The notes: generated from the sequence alone by a model not told the origin. DNA of 64,000 bases from Polyangiales bacterium (GCA_964202905.1 CAXNJO010000001.1:96001-160000), one strand, 5' to 3'. Numbered from the stretch's first letter, positions 40,356 to 51,304 are shown. Made by a program: numbers and translations.

Positions 40356-41201
40356 TCACGGACTCGGCGGCTCCGACGCGTCGACGGGCAGATCGAAGAA
40401 GCGACGCAGCGCGTGGGCCGCGTCGGTGCGCGCACCGGCCGCGTCACGCACGACGAGGGGCGCTCGGTGCGCGACCTCGGCGCCCGGCGCGTCCTCGGCG
40501 CGGCGCAGCGTGAACACCGAGAAGAGCGCGCCCTTCGTGCCCTCGCGCGGGACGACGTCGCGCTGCGCGACGCAGACGAGCCCCGCCCGCCGGGCCCCGC
40601 CGATCGCGCGCCCGGGCGTGCGGGCGTCCGCGCAGAGCAGCGCCGTGCCGCCGGGCGCGAGCACCCGCGCGACGGCACGCGCGTAATCCTCGACGCCGCC
40701 GCGCAGCTCCACCCGCGCGTGGGCGCGCTGGGAATCCGGCGACGGCGTCGCGGTGCCGGGCGGCATGTAGGGCGGCGTGCCCGTCACGAGCTCGAAGGGC
40801 CCGCCGAACGCGAGCGCGCGGTCGAGCACGGCGTCCTCGCGGAGGTCCCCGTGCACGAGCGCGACGCGCGGCGCGAGCCCGTTGCGACGCACGTTGCGGC
40901 GCGCGAGCGCGAGCGAGATGTCCTGCGCCTCGAGGCCCACGAGCCGCGCCTCCGGCAGCTTCCACGCGAGCATCGTCAGCACCGAGCCGAGCCCGCAGCC
41001 GAGGTCGAGCACGCGCCGGGCCCCGGGAGCCGCGCGCGCCGCTTCGTGCGCCGTCGCGAGGTCGTCGAGCGAGTAGCGGTGGCCGCGCACGCGCTGATGG
41101 ACGCGGTACGTCCCGGCGATCGCGTCGTCGCTGAGTTCTTCGCCCTCGAGCAGGGCGTCGAGGGGTGCGTGCGGGTCGTCGTGCGCGTCGGCCGGGTCCA
41201 C
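40356..41201 (-). CDS. tRNA1(Val) A37 N6-methyltransferase-like SAM-dependent methyltransferase (start uncertain)
   Basis: QRVRGHRYSLDD, VLDLGCGLGSV, VTGTPPY, RAHARVELRG. Confidence 0.8.
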   Translation of the reverse strand: MDPADAHDDPHAPLDALLEGEELSDDAIAGTYRVHQRVRGHRYSLDDLATAHEAARAAPGARRVLDLGCGLGSVLTMLAWKLPEARLVGLEAQDISLALARRNVRRNGLAPRVALVHGDLREDAVLDRALAFGGPFELVTGTPPYMPPGTATPSPDSQRAHARVELRGGVEDYARAVARVLAPGGTALLCADARTPGRAIGGARRAGLVCVAQRDVVPREGTKGALFSVFTLRRAEDAPGAEVAHRAPLVVRDAAGARTDAAHALRRFFDLPVDASEPPSP

Positions 41202-41247
41202 GCGCGCGAGCTTGTCACGCCCCGCGCCCGCGCCTACCGTCGCGCCC

Positions 41248-41739
41248 ATGACCACCGTCCACGACTTCGAAGTGCAGACCATCGACGGCGCGCCCAAGCG
41301 TCTCTCCGACTACGCGGGCAAGGTGTTGCTCGTGGTGAACGTCGCCTCGCGCTGCGGCCTCACCCCGCAGTACACCGGCCTCGAGGCGCTCCACCGCGAG
41401 CACGGCGACGCGGGCCTCGTGGTGCTCGGCTTCCCGTGCAACCAGTTCGCCGGGCAGGAGCCGGGGACGCCCGAGGAGATCAAGGCGTTCTGCGCCACGA
41501 AGTACGACGTCACCTTCCCGCTCTTCGCCAAGGTCGACGTGAACGGCCCCGCGCGCGCGCCGCTCTACGCGCACCTCACGGCCGCGACCGCCGGCCCCGA
41601 GGCCGCGGGCGACATCGCGTGGAACTTCGGCAAGTTCGTCGTCGGCAAAGATGGTCAGGTCGCCGCGCGCTTCTCGCCGCGCACGCCCGTCAACGACCCC
41701 GCCCTGCTCGACGCGGTCGCCGACGCGCTCGGCGCCTGA
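41248..41739 (+). CDS. Glutathione peroxidase family protein (Cys type)
   Basis: VVNVASRCGLTPQY, LGFPCNQFAGQEP, WNFGKF. Confidence 0.95.
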   Translation: MTTVHDFEVQTIDGAPKRLSDYAGKVLLVVNVASRCGLTPQYTGLEALHREHGDAGLVVLGFPCNQFAGQEPGTPEEIKAFCATKYDVTFPLFAKVDVNGPARAPLYAHLTAATAGPEAAGDIAWNFGKFVVGKDGQVAARFSPRTPVNDPALLDAVADALGA

Positions 41740-41763
41740 GCGCGACCCGCCCACCGACACGAC

Positions 41764-41800
41764 GCGGCGCGGTCCGGGGGAGCGCCCCGAGCCGCGCCGC
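41764..41800. terminator. GC-rich hairpin between convergent peroxidase and acylase genes
   Basis: GCGGCGCGG..GGGGG-AGCG-CCCCC..CCGCGCCGC. Confidence 0.4.
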
Positions 41801-41811
41801 TGAATCGCCGT

Positions 41812-44671
41812 TCACTCAGGTTGGTACGTCGTGCGCGCGTCGGCGTGAACGTCGATGTCGGCGTCCGTGAAGTAGAGCGGCGGCGCCTGGTTGGTGCGCC
41901 AGAACTCGATCTCCGCGCCGAAGTACGGGCTGCGCGCGTCGAGCACCTGCGCACCCGGCAGCGCGTTCCAGATCGTCGGCCCCGTGTCGGTCATCTCGAC
42001 GACGAGCCGCTGCTGCGGGCCCGAGCTGTAGGCGTAGTCGTCGCGGCTCGTCCAGAGATCGTAGTTGGATGCATCGACGCCCCAGAGATCGCCGTGGCGC
42101 GGGTAGCCGTCGGGGAACTCGGTGCTGTTGCTGCGCGGCAGCGCGAAGTCCGTGCCGAAGACGGGCAGCACGCTCGCGAGGCGCAGCGTGTGCAGCCGCC
42201 CCCAGCGCCAGGCGTCGAAGTCCGCCGCACCGAAGCGCGTCTCGAGCGCCTCGAGCAGCGACACGAACGCGCGCAGCACGAGCTCGTCGCGCGTCTCGAC
42301 GGTGCCCGCCGTCGTGAGGTCATCCCAGAGGATGGTGTCGCCGATCGCCGCGTCGTACGTCTCGAGGCGCGAGGGCTCGAGCAGCGCCCACTGCAACGTC
42401 TTGCTGATCGGCTGGCCCCACGGGCGGCGGCCGATGCGGTCGGCCTCGTCGTTGAAGGCCGCGCGCGTCAGGCGCGTGATCGCGGCGTTGAAGAGCGTCG
42501 TCGCGACGCTCTCCGAGATCTCGTCGCTCGACGGTGTGCCCTCGACGGCGGGCGGCGTCGTGAAGCGCCACGCCGCGAGCCGCTCACGCGCCTGCTCGAC
42601 GCGCGCGACGATGGCGGGGCCCGCGGCGGTCAGCTCGTCCGCGAGCTCGGGGTGCGCGCCGGGCGTCGCGGCCTCTTCCGCCGCGTGCTCGAGCGAGGTG
42701 ACGAGCGCGCCCGCGAGCAGCGCGCCGAGCGGCGAGTAGAGGTCGCCCTGCAGCGCCTTCATCTCGTCGACCGTGACCGCGCCGCGCTCGGTGAGGCGCG
42801 TGAGCGCGTCGACGATGCGCGCCTGACGGTGGCCGATGTCGTAGTCCCAGCCGATGTAGAAGGGCTCGGTCGCCGTGCCGTCGTTCACGGGGTTCGCGTC
42901 CGCCGTCACACCGACGAGGTCCTGGTTCGCCGTCGCGATGAAGCCGCGCGCGGGGTTGAGGTCGTGCGGGAGGTAGCGGTCCGACATCGGCGCGTCCGCC
43001 CACTCGCACGTGCCGTCCCCGGGGAGCACGAACATCGGGCCGAGGCCCTCGCCCGTCGTCTCGTCCCAGGCGAGACACTCGGGCGGACGCACCGGCACGC
43101 GCGACTGCGTGGACCAGAGGATGTCGTCCGATCCGCGCTCGACGATCACGAAGTTCTGCGCGCCGACCGCGAAGAGCTGGATGGCGTCGCGCGCCTCGTC
43201 GAGGCTCGACGCGGTGTTGAGGCGGAGGAACGCGCTCAGCTCGCTCGACGGATCGTCGCCCGTCCAGCGCACCGAGAGCGCGGTGCCCGCCGTGCGCGGC
43301 ACGACGTTCCCGTCGCGGATCTCCGGGACGATCAGGCCGTGGTGCGGGACACGCTCGAACGCCACCGTGACCGGCGCGCCGGTCGCGACGTTGATCGTCT
43401 CCGTCACCGTCTCGATCGGCACCTGCGCGCCGTCGAAGAGCACGGTGTCCGGCGAGGCACCACCTTCTGCGATGGTCTCCTGATAGACGTCCGTGACGTC
43501 GTGATTCGCCGTGGTCACGCCCCACGCGACGTCGTCGTTGTAGCCGATGATGACGCCGGGCACGCCGATGAGCGCGAGCCCCGAGACGTTGAGGTTCGCG
43601 CCCGCGCCGCCGTCGCGCTTCGTGTTGAGGTGCGCGAACCAGAAGAGCGGCGGGTTGTCGAGCGAGAGGTGCGGGTCGTTCATGAGCAGCGAGTGGCCCG
43701 TGGCCGACTTCGCGCCGCTGACGACCCAGTTGTTCGAGCCGCGGTCGCGCGGGGCGATGCGCTTCATCAGGCCGTCGGCGCCCTCGAAGAAGCGCTCGGC
43801 CGCGGCGAGCGCGGACGGGTCGGCGTGGAAGGGCGGCAGCGTCACGCCGGGGCTGCGCGGCGGGCGCAGCGCGCGCGTGCCCGTGTCGGTGCCGAGGTTC
43901 GGGATGCCCTCGCGCGAGAAGACGGCCTCGACGGGCTCGAAGGACCAGAAATCACGGAAGATCCCCGCGCGCGGGTCACCCGCCGGGAACTCCCGCGCGA
44001 TCGACTCGCGGGCCCGCGTGAGGCCGATCTCGTCGTTCGCGCCGTAGCTGAGCGCGTGCGAGAGGTAGCGACCGATCGCCAGCGAATCCTGCGGGCGCCA
44101 CGCGTCGAGCGTGCCGCTCGAGATGACGAAGTTGATGACCTCGGTGCCGCGCGGGAGGTCGACGCGCTCGGCGATCAGGTCGTCGATGAAGAGCGACACG
44201 CCCGCGCTGAAGGCGTCGATCGCGGTCTTCTCGGGGCTGCCCTCGACGAGGGTCCCGTAGATCCGCTCGGCGTTGCGCGCGTGCCCGACCCAGCGCGCCT
44301 CGATGTCGTCGTTGATGGAGTTCGCGTCGGCCATCGGCGAGAACTCGGAGACGCGGCCGGTGATGAAGCGGCGCGTGAGCTCCATCTGCGGGTAGCGGTC
44401 GACGGCCATCATGTAGCCCTGCACGAACGTCGCGTCGTGCAGCGTGGTCGCGTAGATGTGGACCATCCCGCGGTCGTCACGGATGACCTCGACGGGCCCG
44501 TCGAGACCGGGGAACGTGCTGCGCGCGCTGCGGCCCGCATCGGGGGCGCCGGTGTCGGCCGGGCCGGCGTCGGCGGGCGCGGGCGCGTCGTCGTCGCCGC
44601 ACGCCGAGACACCCAGCGCGAGGGCCGCGACGCAGCCGAGGAAGAGCGGAGATCGATGAGGGGAGCTTCAT
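41812..44671 (-). CDS. Penicillin acylase/AHL acylase family Ntn-hydrolase, lipoprotein; one apparent +1 frameshift in a C-run just after the ATG (~44660)
   Basis: GSNNWVVSG beta-chain nucleophile, NDPHL, IATANQD, WRWGRLH; removing one C restores MKLPHRSPLFLGCVAALALGVSAC and GLDGPVEVIRDDRGMVHIYA. Confidence 0.88.
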
Positions 44672-44807
44672 GACGAATCCTCGTGATGCGCGGGGCGCGA
44701 GACGCATGTAGCGTACCACGCACGTCACGCCGATCTCACCGCGCAGGCACGTGTGCCGCAGCGGATTTCGGCGCTCATTCGCAACGCTGTTGCGGTTACG
44801 ATGGGCC

Positions 44808-47800
44808 ATGCGTTTCTCCTTGTTCGCGGGCCTCGTGCTCGCCTCGGTCACCATCGCTTCGGCCGCCCACGCCCAGGATCTCGACGTCACGGGCACCGTC
44901 ACGCTCGGCGGCGTGCAGCGCTTCGACACGGTGCGCGTGCGCAGCACGGGCCGCATCGTCGTCCCCGCGTTCAATGGGACCGACCGCGTGAACACGGGTA
45001 ACCTCGTCCTCATCGCGCGCTCGATCGTCGTCGAGGCGGGCGGCGTCATCACGGCGCGCGGCGCGGGCTACCAGACCCGCACCTGCGCCGACGGCAGCGG
45101 CCCGGCGAGCGCGCCGCTTGCCGGCGGGCGCGGCGGCTGCGCGGTACCCGACTCGGGCGGCGGCGGCGCGCACTTCGGCAACGGCGGGCGCGGCACGCGC
45201 GACTGCCCGAGCACCGGCTGCATCTTCCCGCGCGACTTCGAGGAGGACTGCGGCAACTCGCTGAGCGGCGCGGGAACGTCGTGCACGAACGTCACCAACT
45301 GCCGCACCGGCGACGCGCTGCCGACGGTCGCGGGGCAGCGCTACTACCACAGCATTTACGACCTCGAGTTCGGCGCGGCCGGCGGCGACAAGGGCTGCCG
45401 CGACGGCGACGGCTTCACGGTGCCGCCGGGCTCGGTCGGCGGCGGCGGGGGCGGGCGCGTCGTGCTCGTCGGGCTCGCCGCGGACGGCAGCGGCGCGGTG
45501 ACGATCGACGGCACGGTGACCGCGAACGGCAAGCGCGGCTGCGGCATCCAGAACGACTCCGCGGGCGGCGGCGCGGGCGGCTCGGTGTTCGTCGTCGGCG
45601 ACGCCGTCACCGTGGGCGCGACGGCCGTCGTCACGGCCGCGGGCGGGCTCGGCGGCGACACCTTCGCTGGCGCGGCCGGTCAGCCCGACGCGGCCGACTG
45701 CCCCGCGGGCGCGCAGACGGGCGGCACCTGCGACGACTGCGGCGGTGGCGGCGGCGGCGGCATCATCTCGATCCAGTCGCGCACGCGCGCCCTCGACGGC
45801 GCGGCGCGCTTCGACGTCGGCGGCGCGCTCGGCGGCGTGTGCCCCTCGTGCCGCGGCGAGGCGGGCGGCGGCGCGGGGGAGCTGCAGCTCAACCAGCTCT
45901 ACGTCGGCGAGCTCTGCGACGGATATGACAACGACTTTGATGGATCGGTCGACGAGGACCTCGGCGACGTCGGCTGCGGACTCGGCGCCTGCGCGACGTC
46001 GCTCCCCGCGTGCAGCGCGGGCACGCCGCCCTCGTGTCTGCCCGTCTCGGCGGGTCCGATGTGCACGGCCGCCTTCGTCGACGCGCGCCCGCGCGTCGCG
46101 GTGATCCTCGACACCTCGGCCTCGATGCTCACGGACCTCGCCGGCTTCCCCACCTTCGGTGATGGTTCCGTCGAGCATCCCGGTCTCGACACCGACGGCG
46201 ACGGCGCCCCGAACGACTCGCGCCTCTACCTCGCGCGCGAAGCGCTCGGCAACGTCATCAGCGCGTATCCCGAGATCGACTTCGCGCTCGCGCGCTACCA
46301 CGCGGATCAGGCGCTCGACATCAGCTGCCAGACGGCGGCGTGGATCGAGTGCGCGGGCCTGCTCGCGAGCTACGACGAGCCCGCCGACAACACGGGCGCC
46401 GCCGCGTGCACGGTGGCGATCTCACCGACCCGCTCGGTCAGCGTCAACCGCGTCTCCACCGACGAGGCGTGCATCCACTACGCGGGCTCCTGCGGCCCGC
46501 CGCGGCGCGGCGCCGACGTGCTCTCCGGCTTCGGCACCGAGACGCGCGACCTCGTGCGCTGGCTCGACGGACGCGAGACGGACTTCCGCGCGGACGCGAC
46601 GCCCGGCAACGTCTGCGACCACGCGGGCGGCGGCGACTGCGAGGTGCGCGGCACGGGCGGCACGCCGATCACCGGCTCGCTCGAGGCGATCGAGGACTAC
46701 ATCGTCCCGATCCGCGCGACGGATCCCGCCACGGCCTGCCGCACCTACAGCGTCATCCTCGTGACGGACGGCGCCGAGAGCTGCAACGGCAATCCAATTG
46801 CCATTGCACAGCGATTGCATGACGTCGACGGGCTCGACCTCTACGTCGTCGCGGTCAGCGTGCTCCCGGGGGAGGAGGCGGCGCTCAACGCGCTCGCGCG
46901 CGCGGGCTCGGGCGGGGTGCGCGGCGCGACCTTCGTGCGCTCGCCGGAGCAGCTCGTCCCGGCGCTCACGTCCATCGTCGCGGGCTCGATCCGCTTCGAG
47001 CGCTGCAACGGCGCCGACGACAACTGCAACGGCCTGATCGACGAGGGCTTCGACGGCCTCGGCGCGCCCTGCGACGACGGCGGGATCGGCGTCTGCCGCG
47101 GCGCGGGCACGCTCGCGTGCAACGCGGACGAGTCGCGCGTCGAGTGCGCGATCACGACGCCGGGCGCCGTGCCCGGCACCGAGATCTGCAACGGCCTCGA
47201 CGACGACTGCGACGAGCAGATCGACGAGGCGCTCGTCTGCACGGGTGGCTGCACACCCTCGGGCCCCGAGCTCTGCAACGGCGCCGACGACGACTGCGAC
47301 GGCGCGATCGACGAGGACGATCCGGCGCTCGGCACGCCCTGCGGGCTCGAGGAGGGCAGCTGCTCGGCCGGCACGATCGTCTGCGTCCGCGGCCTGCTCA
47401 CCTGCGCGGGCGCGGTCGAGCCCCGCACCGAGGTCTGCAACGCGACGGACGACGACTGCGACGGCGCGATCGACGACGACGCGCGCTGCCCGCCGCTCTC
47501 CGCGTGCCTCGAGGGCGCGTGCCGACGCGCGTGCGATCCGCTCATGGAGTTCAGCTGCCCGTTCGGCTTCGAGTGCCTCGCGCGCCCCGACGCGGGCGGG
47601 ACCTACTGCGTCCCGACGGTGTGCGCGTCGTGCACCGTCGAGCAGCGCTGCGAGGGCGACACCTGCGTCGGGCTCTGCGAGGGCGTGAGCTGCGCGGAGA
47701 ACGAAACGTGCGTGCGCGGCGCCTGCCGCGACTGCACGACGCTCGGCTGCCCCGCGGGCGCGCTCTGCTCGGCGCGCGCGTGCGTGCCCGATCGCTGCGA

Positions 47801-48305
47801 CGCCGACACCTGCCCCGCGGGCGACGGCTGCTTCGACGGCACCTGTCGCGCGGTCTGCGACGACCGCACCTGCCCGCGCGGCACCTCCTGCGACGCGACG
47901 GGCGCCTGCACGGCCGACGCGTGCGCGGCCGTCATGTGCGCGCCTGGCCTCGTCTGCGAGGGCGGCGCGTGCCGCGACGACGTCTGCACGCGCGCCGATT
48001 GCGACACGGGCAGCGTCTGCATCCCGGGGCGCGGCTGCGCGCCGGACCCGTGCGTGCTCGCGGTGTGCCCGGCCGGGCGCGTGTGCACGATCGGCGCGCG
48101 CGGCGAGGCGCAGTGCTTCATCGCGGGCGACGCGGGCCGCCCGGACCCGGCGGAGTTCGTCGCCGCGACGGGCGGCGGCGGGCTGTGCAGCGTGGGCGTC
48201 CCCGGCCGCACGCGAAGCGACGCCGCGTGGCTCGCGCTCGCGCTGATCGGGCTCGTCGGATGGACACGACGACGGCGCGCGCGCGCGTCGAGGGGGGTGC
48301 GCTGA
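44808..48305 (+). CDS. Secreted surface protein: Gly-rich domain, vWA (intact MIDAS), MopE-like repeats, Cys-rich repeats, MYXO-CTERM tail
   Basis: Signal peptide AHA-Q; ILDTSASM, TPITGSL, LVTDG; ExCNGxDDDCDG repeats; GGGGLCSVG...WLALALIGLVGWTRRRR. Confidence 0.87.
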   Translation: MRFSLFAGLVLASVTIASAAHAQDLDVTGTVTLGGVQRFDTVRVRSTGRIVVPAFNGTDRVNTGNLVLIARSIVVEAGGVITARGAGYQTRTCADGSGPASAPLAGGRGGCAVPDSGGGGAHFGNGGRGTRDCPSTGCIFPRDFEEDCGNSLSGAGTSCTNVTNCRTGDALPTVAGQRYYHSIYDLEFGAAGGDKGCRDGDGFTVPPGSVGGGGGGRVVLVGLAADGSGAVTIDGTVTANGKRGCGIQNDSAGGGAGGSVFVVGDAVTVGATAVVTAAGGLGGDTFAGAAGQPDAADCPAGAQTGGTCDDCGGGGGGGIISIQSRTRALDGAARFDVGGALGGVCPSCRGEAGGGAGELQLNQLYVGELCDGYDNDFDGSVDEDLGDVGCGLGACATSLPACSAGTPPSCLPVSAGPMCTAAFVDARPRVAVILDTSASMLTDLAGFPTFGDGSVEHPGLDTDGDGAPNDSRLYLAREALGNVISAYPEIDFALARYHADQALDISCQTAAWIECAGLLASYDEPADNTGAAACTVAISPTRSVSVNRVSTDEACIHYAGSCGPPRRGADVLSGFGTETRDLVRWLDGRETDFRADATPGNVCDHAGGGDCEVRGTGGTPITGSLEAIEDYIVPIRATDPATACRTYSVILVTDGAESCNGNPIAIAQRLHDVDGLDLYVVAVSVLPGEEAALNALARAGSGGVRGATFVRSPEQLVPALTSIVAGSIRFERCNGADDNCNGLIDEGFDGLGAPCDDGGIGVCRGAGTLACNADESRVECAITTPGAVPGTEICNGLDDDCDEQIDEALVCTGGCTPSGPELCNGADDDCDGAIDEDDPALGTPCGLEEGSCSAGTIVCVRGLLTCAGAVEPRTEVCNATDDDCDGAIDDDARCPPLSACLEGACRRACDPLMEFSCPFGFECLARPDAGGTYCVPTVCASCTVEQRCEGDTCVGLCEGVSCAENETCVRGACRDCTTLGCPAGALCSARACVPDRCDADTCPAGDGCFDGTCRAVCDDRTCPRGTSCDATGACTADACAAVMCAPGLVCEGGACRDDVCTRADCDTGSVCIPGRGCAPDPCVLAVCPAGRVCTIGARGEAQCFIAGDAGRPDPAEFVAATGGGGLCSVGVPGRTRSDAAWLALALIGLVGWTRRRRARASRGVR

Positions 48306-49819
48306 TGTCGCGGATCGCTTTGTTTTTGCGGGTCGCGGGGCTCCTCGCGCTCGCGCCCTTCGCGGCCGGGTGCGAGCTCGACCCCTACTGCGTGAACGGC
48401 TGCGGTGACGCCCCCGCGGACGCCGGCGACGCGGGCGCGCCCGACCTCGGCGGCCCCGAGCTCGGCCCCGAGGATCTCGGTCCGCCGCCGTGCATCCCGA
48501 CGGGCGTCGAGCTCTGCAACGAGCTCGACGACGACTGCGACGGCGCGATCGACGAGGACTTCGACCTCACGACGAGCCCGCGCGACTGCGGGCGCTGCGG
48601 CAACGCGTGCCGCGCCCTGAACGCCGACGTCGTGTGCGTCGCGGGCGCGTGCGCCGTGACGGCCTGCCTCGACGGCTTCGCGGACCTCGACCCCGCGACC
48701 GAAGACTGCGAGTACCGCTGCCCCGTCTTCCCGATCGGCGCCGAGACGTGCAACGGGCTCGACGACGACTGCGACGGCGCGATCGACGAGGCCGCGGAGC
48801 TCCCCGCGCCGCCCGCCGATCTCTGCCGGACCACGCCAGGCACGCCCTGCGCGAGCGCGCGCCCCGTGTGCACCACGCGCGGCACCGTCACCGCGTGGTT
48901 CTGCGACTACGCGACCACGGTCGAGTTCGATCCGGCAGTGCCGAACGGCCTCGTGCTCGAGGAGTCGCGATGCGACGGGCAGGACGGCGACTGCGACGGC
49001 GTCGCCGACGACGCGTTCACGACGCTCGACGACGCGTGCGACGACGGCGGACGCGGCGCGTGCCGCGATCAGGGCGTGATCCGCTGCGATCCGGCCGACG
49101 CCTCGGGCACCACGTGTGACCTCTCCGCGCTCCCCGACCCCGTACCCGGCGCGCCGTCCGCCGAGCGCTGCAACGGCCTCGACGACGACTGCGACGGCCT
49201 CGTCGACAACTCCGATCCCACCGATCCCGCCCGCATCCGCGACGACATGGTGCACGTCGTCCGGGGCGGCGCGGATTTCTGGCTCTACCGGCACGAGGCC
49301 TCGCGGCCCGACGCGACCCGGCGCGCGGTCGGCACCGACGCGACGCGCGCGTGCAGCAACGCCGACGTGCGCCCCTGGTCGCGTGTCTCCTTCGACGACG
49401 CCGCGGCCGCGTGCGCCGCCGCAGGCAAGCGTCTCTGCACGGGCGCAGAGTGGCGCGCGGCGTGCGAAGGCGCGTCCGCACGCACCTATCCCTACGGCAG
49501 CGCGTACGAGTCCGCGATCTGCAACGGCGCCGACCGCGACGCGGTCCCGGGGGGCGCGATCGACAGCGCCGAGTCGCTCACCGGCGCGCTCGCGATGTGC
49601 GTGAGCGAGGACGGCGCGCTCGACCTCTCCGGCAACGTGAAGGAGTGGACGAACGACGCGCGCGGAGCAGTGGGTGCACAAACCATCTACGTCGTGCGCG
49701 GCGGGTCGTACGAGTCTCCTGCGCTCGGGCTCGGCTGCGCGACGGATCTCTCGCGCGCGACCGGCGACACGCTGCTGCCGACGCTCGGCTTCCGCTGCTG
49801 CAGCGACACCGAGCCCTGA
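48305..49819 (+). CDS. Lipoprotein with MopE-like repeats and C-terminal FGE-sulfatase (SUMF1)-fold domain
   Basis: TGATG overlap; lipobox AAGC; GKRLCTGAEW, YPYG, DLSGNVKEW, RGGSY, GFRCC. Confidence 0.87.
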   Translation: MSRIALFLRVAGLLALAPFAAGCELDPYCVNGCGDAPADAGDAGAPDLGGPELGPEDLGPPPCIPTGVELCNELDDDCDGAIDEDFDLTTSPRDCGRCGNACRALNADVVCVAGACAVTACLDGFADLDPATEDCEYRCPVFPIGAETCNGLDDDCDGAIDEAAELPAPPADLCRTTPGTPCASARPVCTTRGTVTAWFCDYATTVEFDPAVPNGLVLEESRCDGQDGDCDGVADDAFTTLDDACDDGGRGACRDQGVIRCDPADASGTTCDLSALPDPVPGAPSAERCNGLDDDCDGLVDNSDPTDPARIRDDMVHVVRGGADFWLYRHEASRPDATRRAVGTDATRACSNADVRPWSRVSFDDAAAACAAAGKRLCTGAEWRAACEGASARTYPYGSAYESAICNGADRDAVPGGAIDSAESLTGALAMCVSEDGALDLSGNVKEWTNDARGAVGAQTIYVVRGGSYESPALGLGCATDLSRATGDTLLPTLGFRCCSDTEP

Positions 49820-49840
49820 CGGCGCCGGCGGTTCGCGGCC

Positions 49841-51238
49841 CTACGCGCCCTCTCCCTCGGCGTCCTCGTCCCCCGCGCGACGGATGCCGAGGGCGCGCAT
49901 CTTCTTGTAGAGGTGGCTGCGCTCGAGGCCGAGGTCGGCCGCCGTGCGCGTGATGTGCCCCTGGTGGTGCTCGAGCGCGCGCAGCACGAGGTCGCGCTCG
50001 GCCTCCTCGACGAGCGCGCGCAGCGGCGTGCCCGGCCGATACTGCCCCACGCCGCCCGCGCCCCCACCCGCGGCGACGGGGAGCAGCGCGCGCGCGTCGG
50101 CCTCGACGATCTCGTCGTGCGGCGTGAGGATCACCAGCCGCTCGACGAGGTTCCGCAGCTCGCGGACGTTGCCGGGGAAGTCGTAGCGCGCGAGCAGGTG
50201 CAGCGCGCCCGGCGAGAGCGAGGTCCCGCGGCGATCGTTGGCCGCGCAGACCACGCGCAGGAAGTGCGCGACGAGCTGCGGGATGTCCTCGCGACGCTCG
50301 CGCAGCGGCGGCACGCGCAGCGGCAACACGTCGAGCCGATCGTACAAATCTGCCCGAAAACGCCCCGCCGCGACCTCCGCGGGCAGCGGCTTGTTCGTCG
50401 CCGCGACGATGCGCACGTTCACGCGCAGCACCTCGCTCCCGCCGACGCGCTCGAGCTCGCCCTCCTGCAGGACGCGCAGCAGCTTCGCCTGCATCGACGC
50501 GGGCATGTCGCCCACCTCGTCGAGAAAGAGCGTGCCGCCGGAAGCGCGCTCGAACTTGCCGCGCCGCTGCTTCGTCGCACCCGTGAAGGCGCCCGCCTCG
50601 TGGCCGAAGAGCTCGCTCTCGATGAGCTCCGCCGGCACCGCCGCGCAGTTCAGCTTCTCGAGCGGCCCCTTCGCGCGCCGCGACGCCTCGTGGATCGCGC
50701 GGGCGACGAGCTCCTTGCCGGTGCCGCGCTCTCCCTGGATCAGTACCGCCGCGCCCGCGCTCGCCGCGAGGGCGATGCGCTCACGCAGCGCCGCCATCAC
50801 CGCGCTCTCGCCGAGCAGCGCGTCGAACACGCCCGCGCGCCGCCGCAGGTCCTCGTTCTCGCGGCCGAGCCTGCCGAAGGCGAGCAGCCGATCGAGCGTG
50901 AGCAGCAGGCGCTCGCTGCCGATCGGTTTCTCGAGGAAGTCGTGCGCGCCGAGCTGCGTCGCCCGCACCGCGGTGTCGATGGTGCCGTGTCCGCTCATCA
51001 CGATGACGGGCACGTCGTTCTTCTGCGCGCGCAGCCGCTCGAGCAGCGCGATGCCGTCGAGGTCCGGCAGGTTCACGTCGAGCAGGACCACGTCGTACGC
51101 GGTGCGGCCGAGCTTCTCGAGCGCGATGGCGGCGCTGCCCGCGACGTCGACCTCGAAGTCCTCGACGCGGAGCGCGCGCGAGAGCGTGGAGAGGATGTTC
51201 TTCTCGTCGTCGACGATGAGCACCGAGGCGCGCGGCAT
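49841..51238 (-). CDS. Sigma-54-dependent response regulator (NtrC/NtrX-like)
   Basis: Receiver (IVDDE, LLDV, MSGHG, EKP), GERGTGKE, GAFTGA, LFLDEVGD, Fis HTH. Confidence 0.95.
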   Translation of the reverse strand: MPRASVLIVDDEKNILSTLSRALRVEDFEVDVAGSAAIALEKLGRTAYDVVLLDVNLPDLDGIALLERLRAQKNDVPVIVMSGHGTIDTAVRATQLGAHDFLEKPIGSERLLLTLDRLLAFGRLGRENEDLRRRAGVFDALLGESAVMAALRERIALAASAGAAVLIQGERGTGKELVARAIHEASRRAKGPLEKLNCAAVPAELIESELFGHEAGAFTGATKQRRGKFERASGGTLFLDEVGDMPASMQAKLLRVLQEGELERVGGSEVLRVNVRIVAATNKPLPAEVAAGRFRADLYDRLDVLPLRVPPLRERREDIPQLVAHFLRVVCAANDRRGTSLSPGALHLLARYDFPGNVRELRNLVERLVILTPHDEIVEADARALLPVAAGGGAGGVGQYRPGTPLRALVEEAERDLVLRALEHHQGHITRTAADLGLERSHLYKKMRALGIRRAGDEDAEGEGA

Positions 51239-51304
51239 GCGGGCGATGGTAGCCCGCCGCCGCGCGGACGCGCGCCGCGCACGTCTGCGCGCGGGGCATC
51301 GGTG

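Noticed and set aside
41248..41739. Selenocysteine recoding in the glutathione peroxidase
   Set aside because: The active-site codon is TGC (Cys) and there is no in-frame TGA
44745..44800. Sigma-54 promoter or operator (AGGCACGTGTGCCGC; CGCAAC-GCT-GTTGCG) before the MYXO-CTERM gene
   Set aside because: Poor -12 element and short palindromes expected by chance in GC-rich DNA
49600..49819. FGE-fold C-terminus as a diversity-generating retroelement target
   Set aside because: No reverse transcriptase and no template repeat differing at adenines seen in the window
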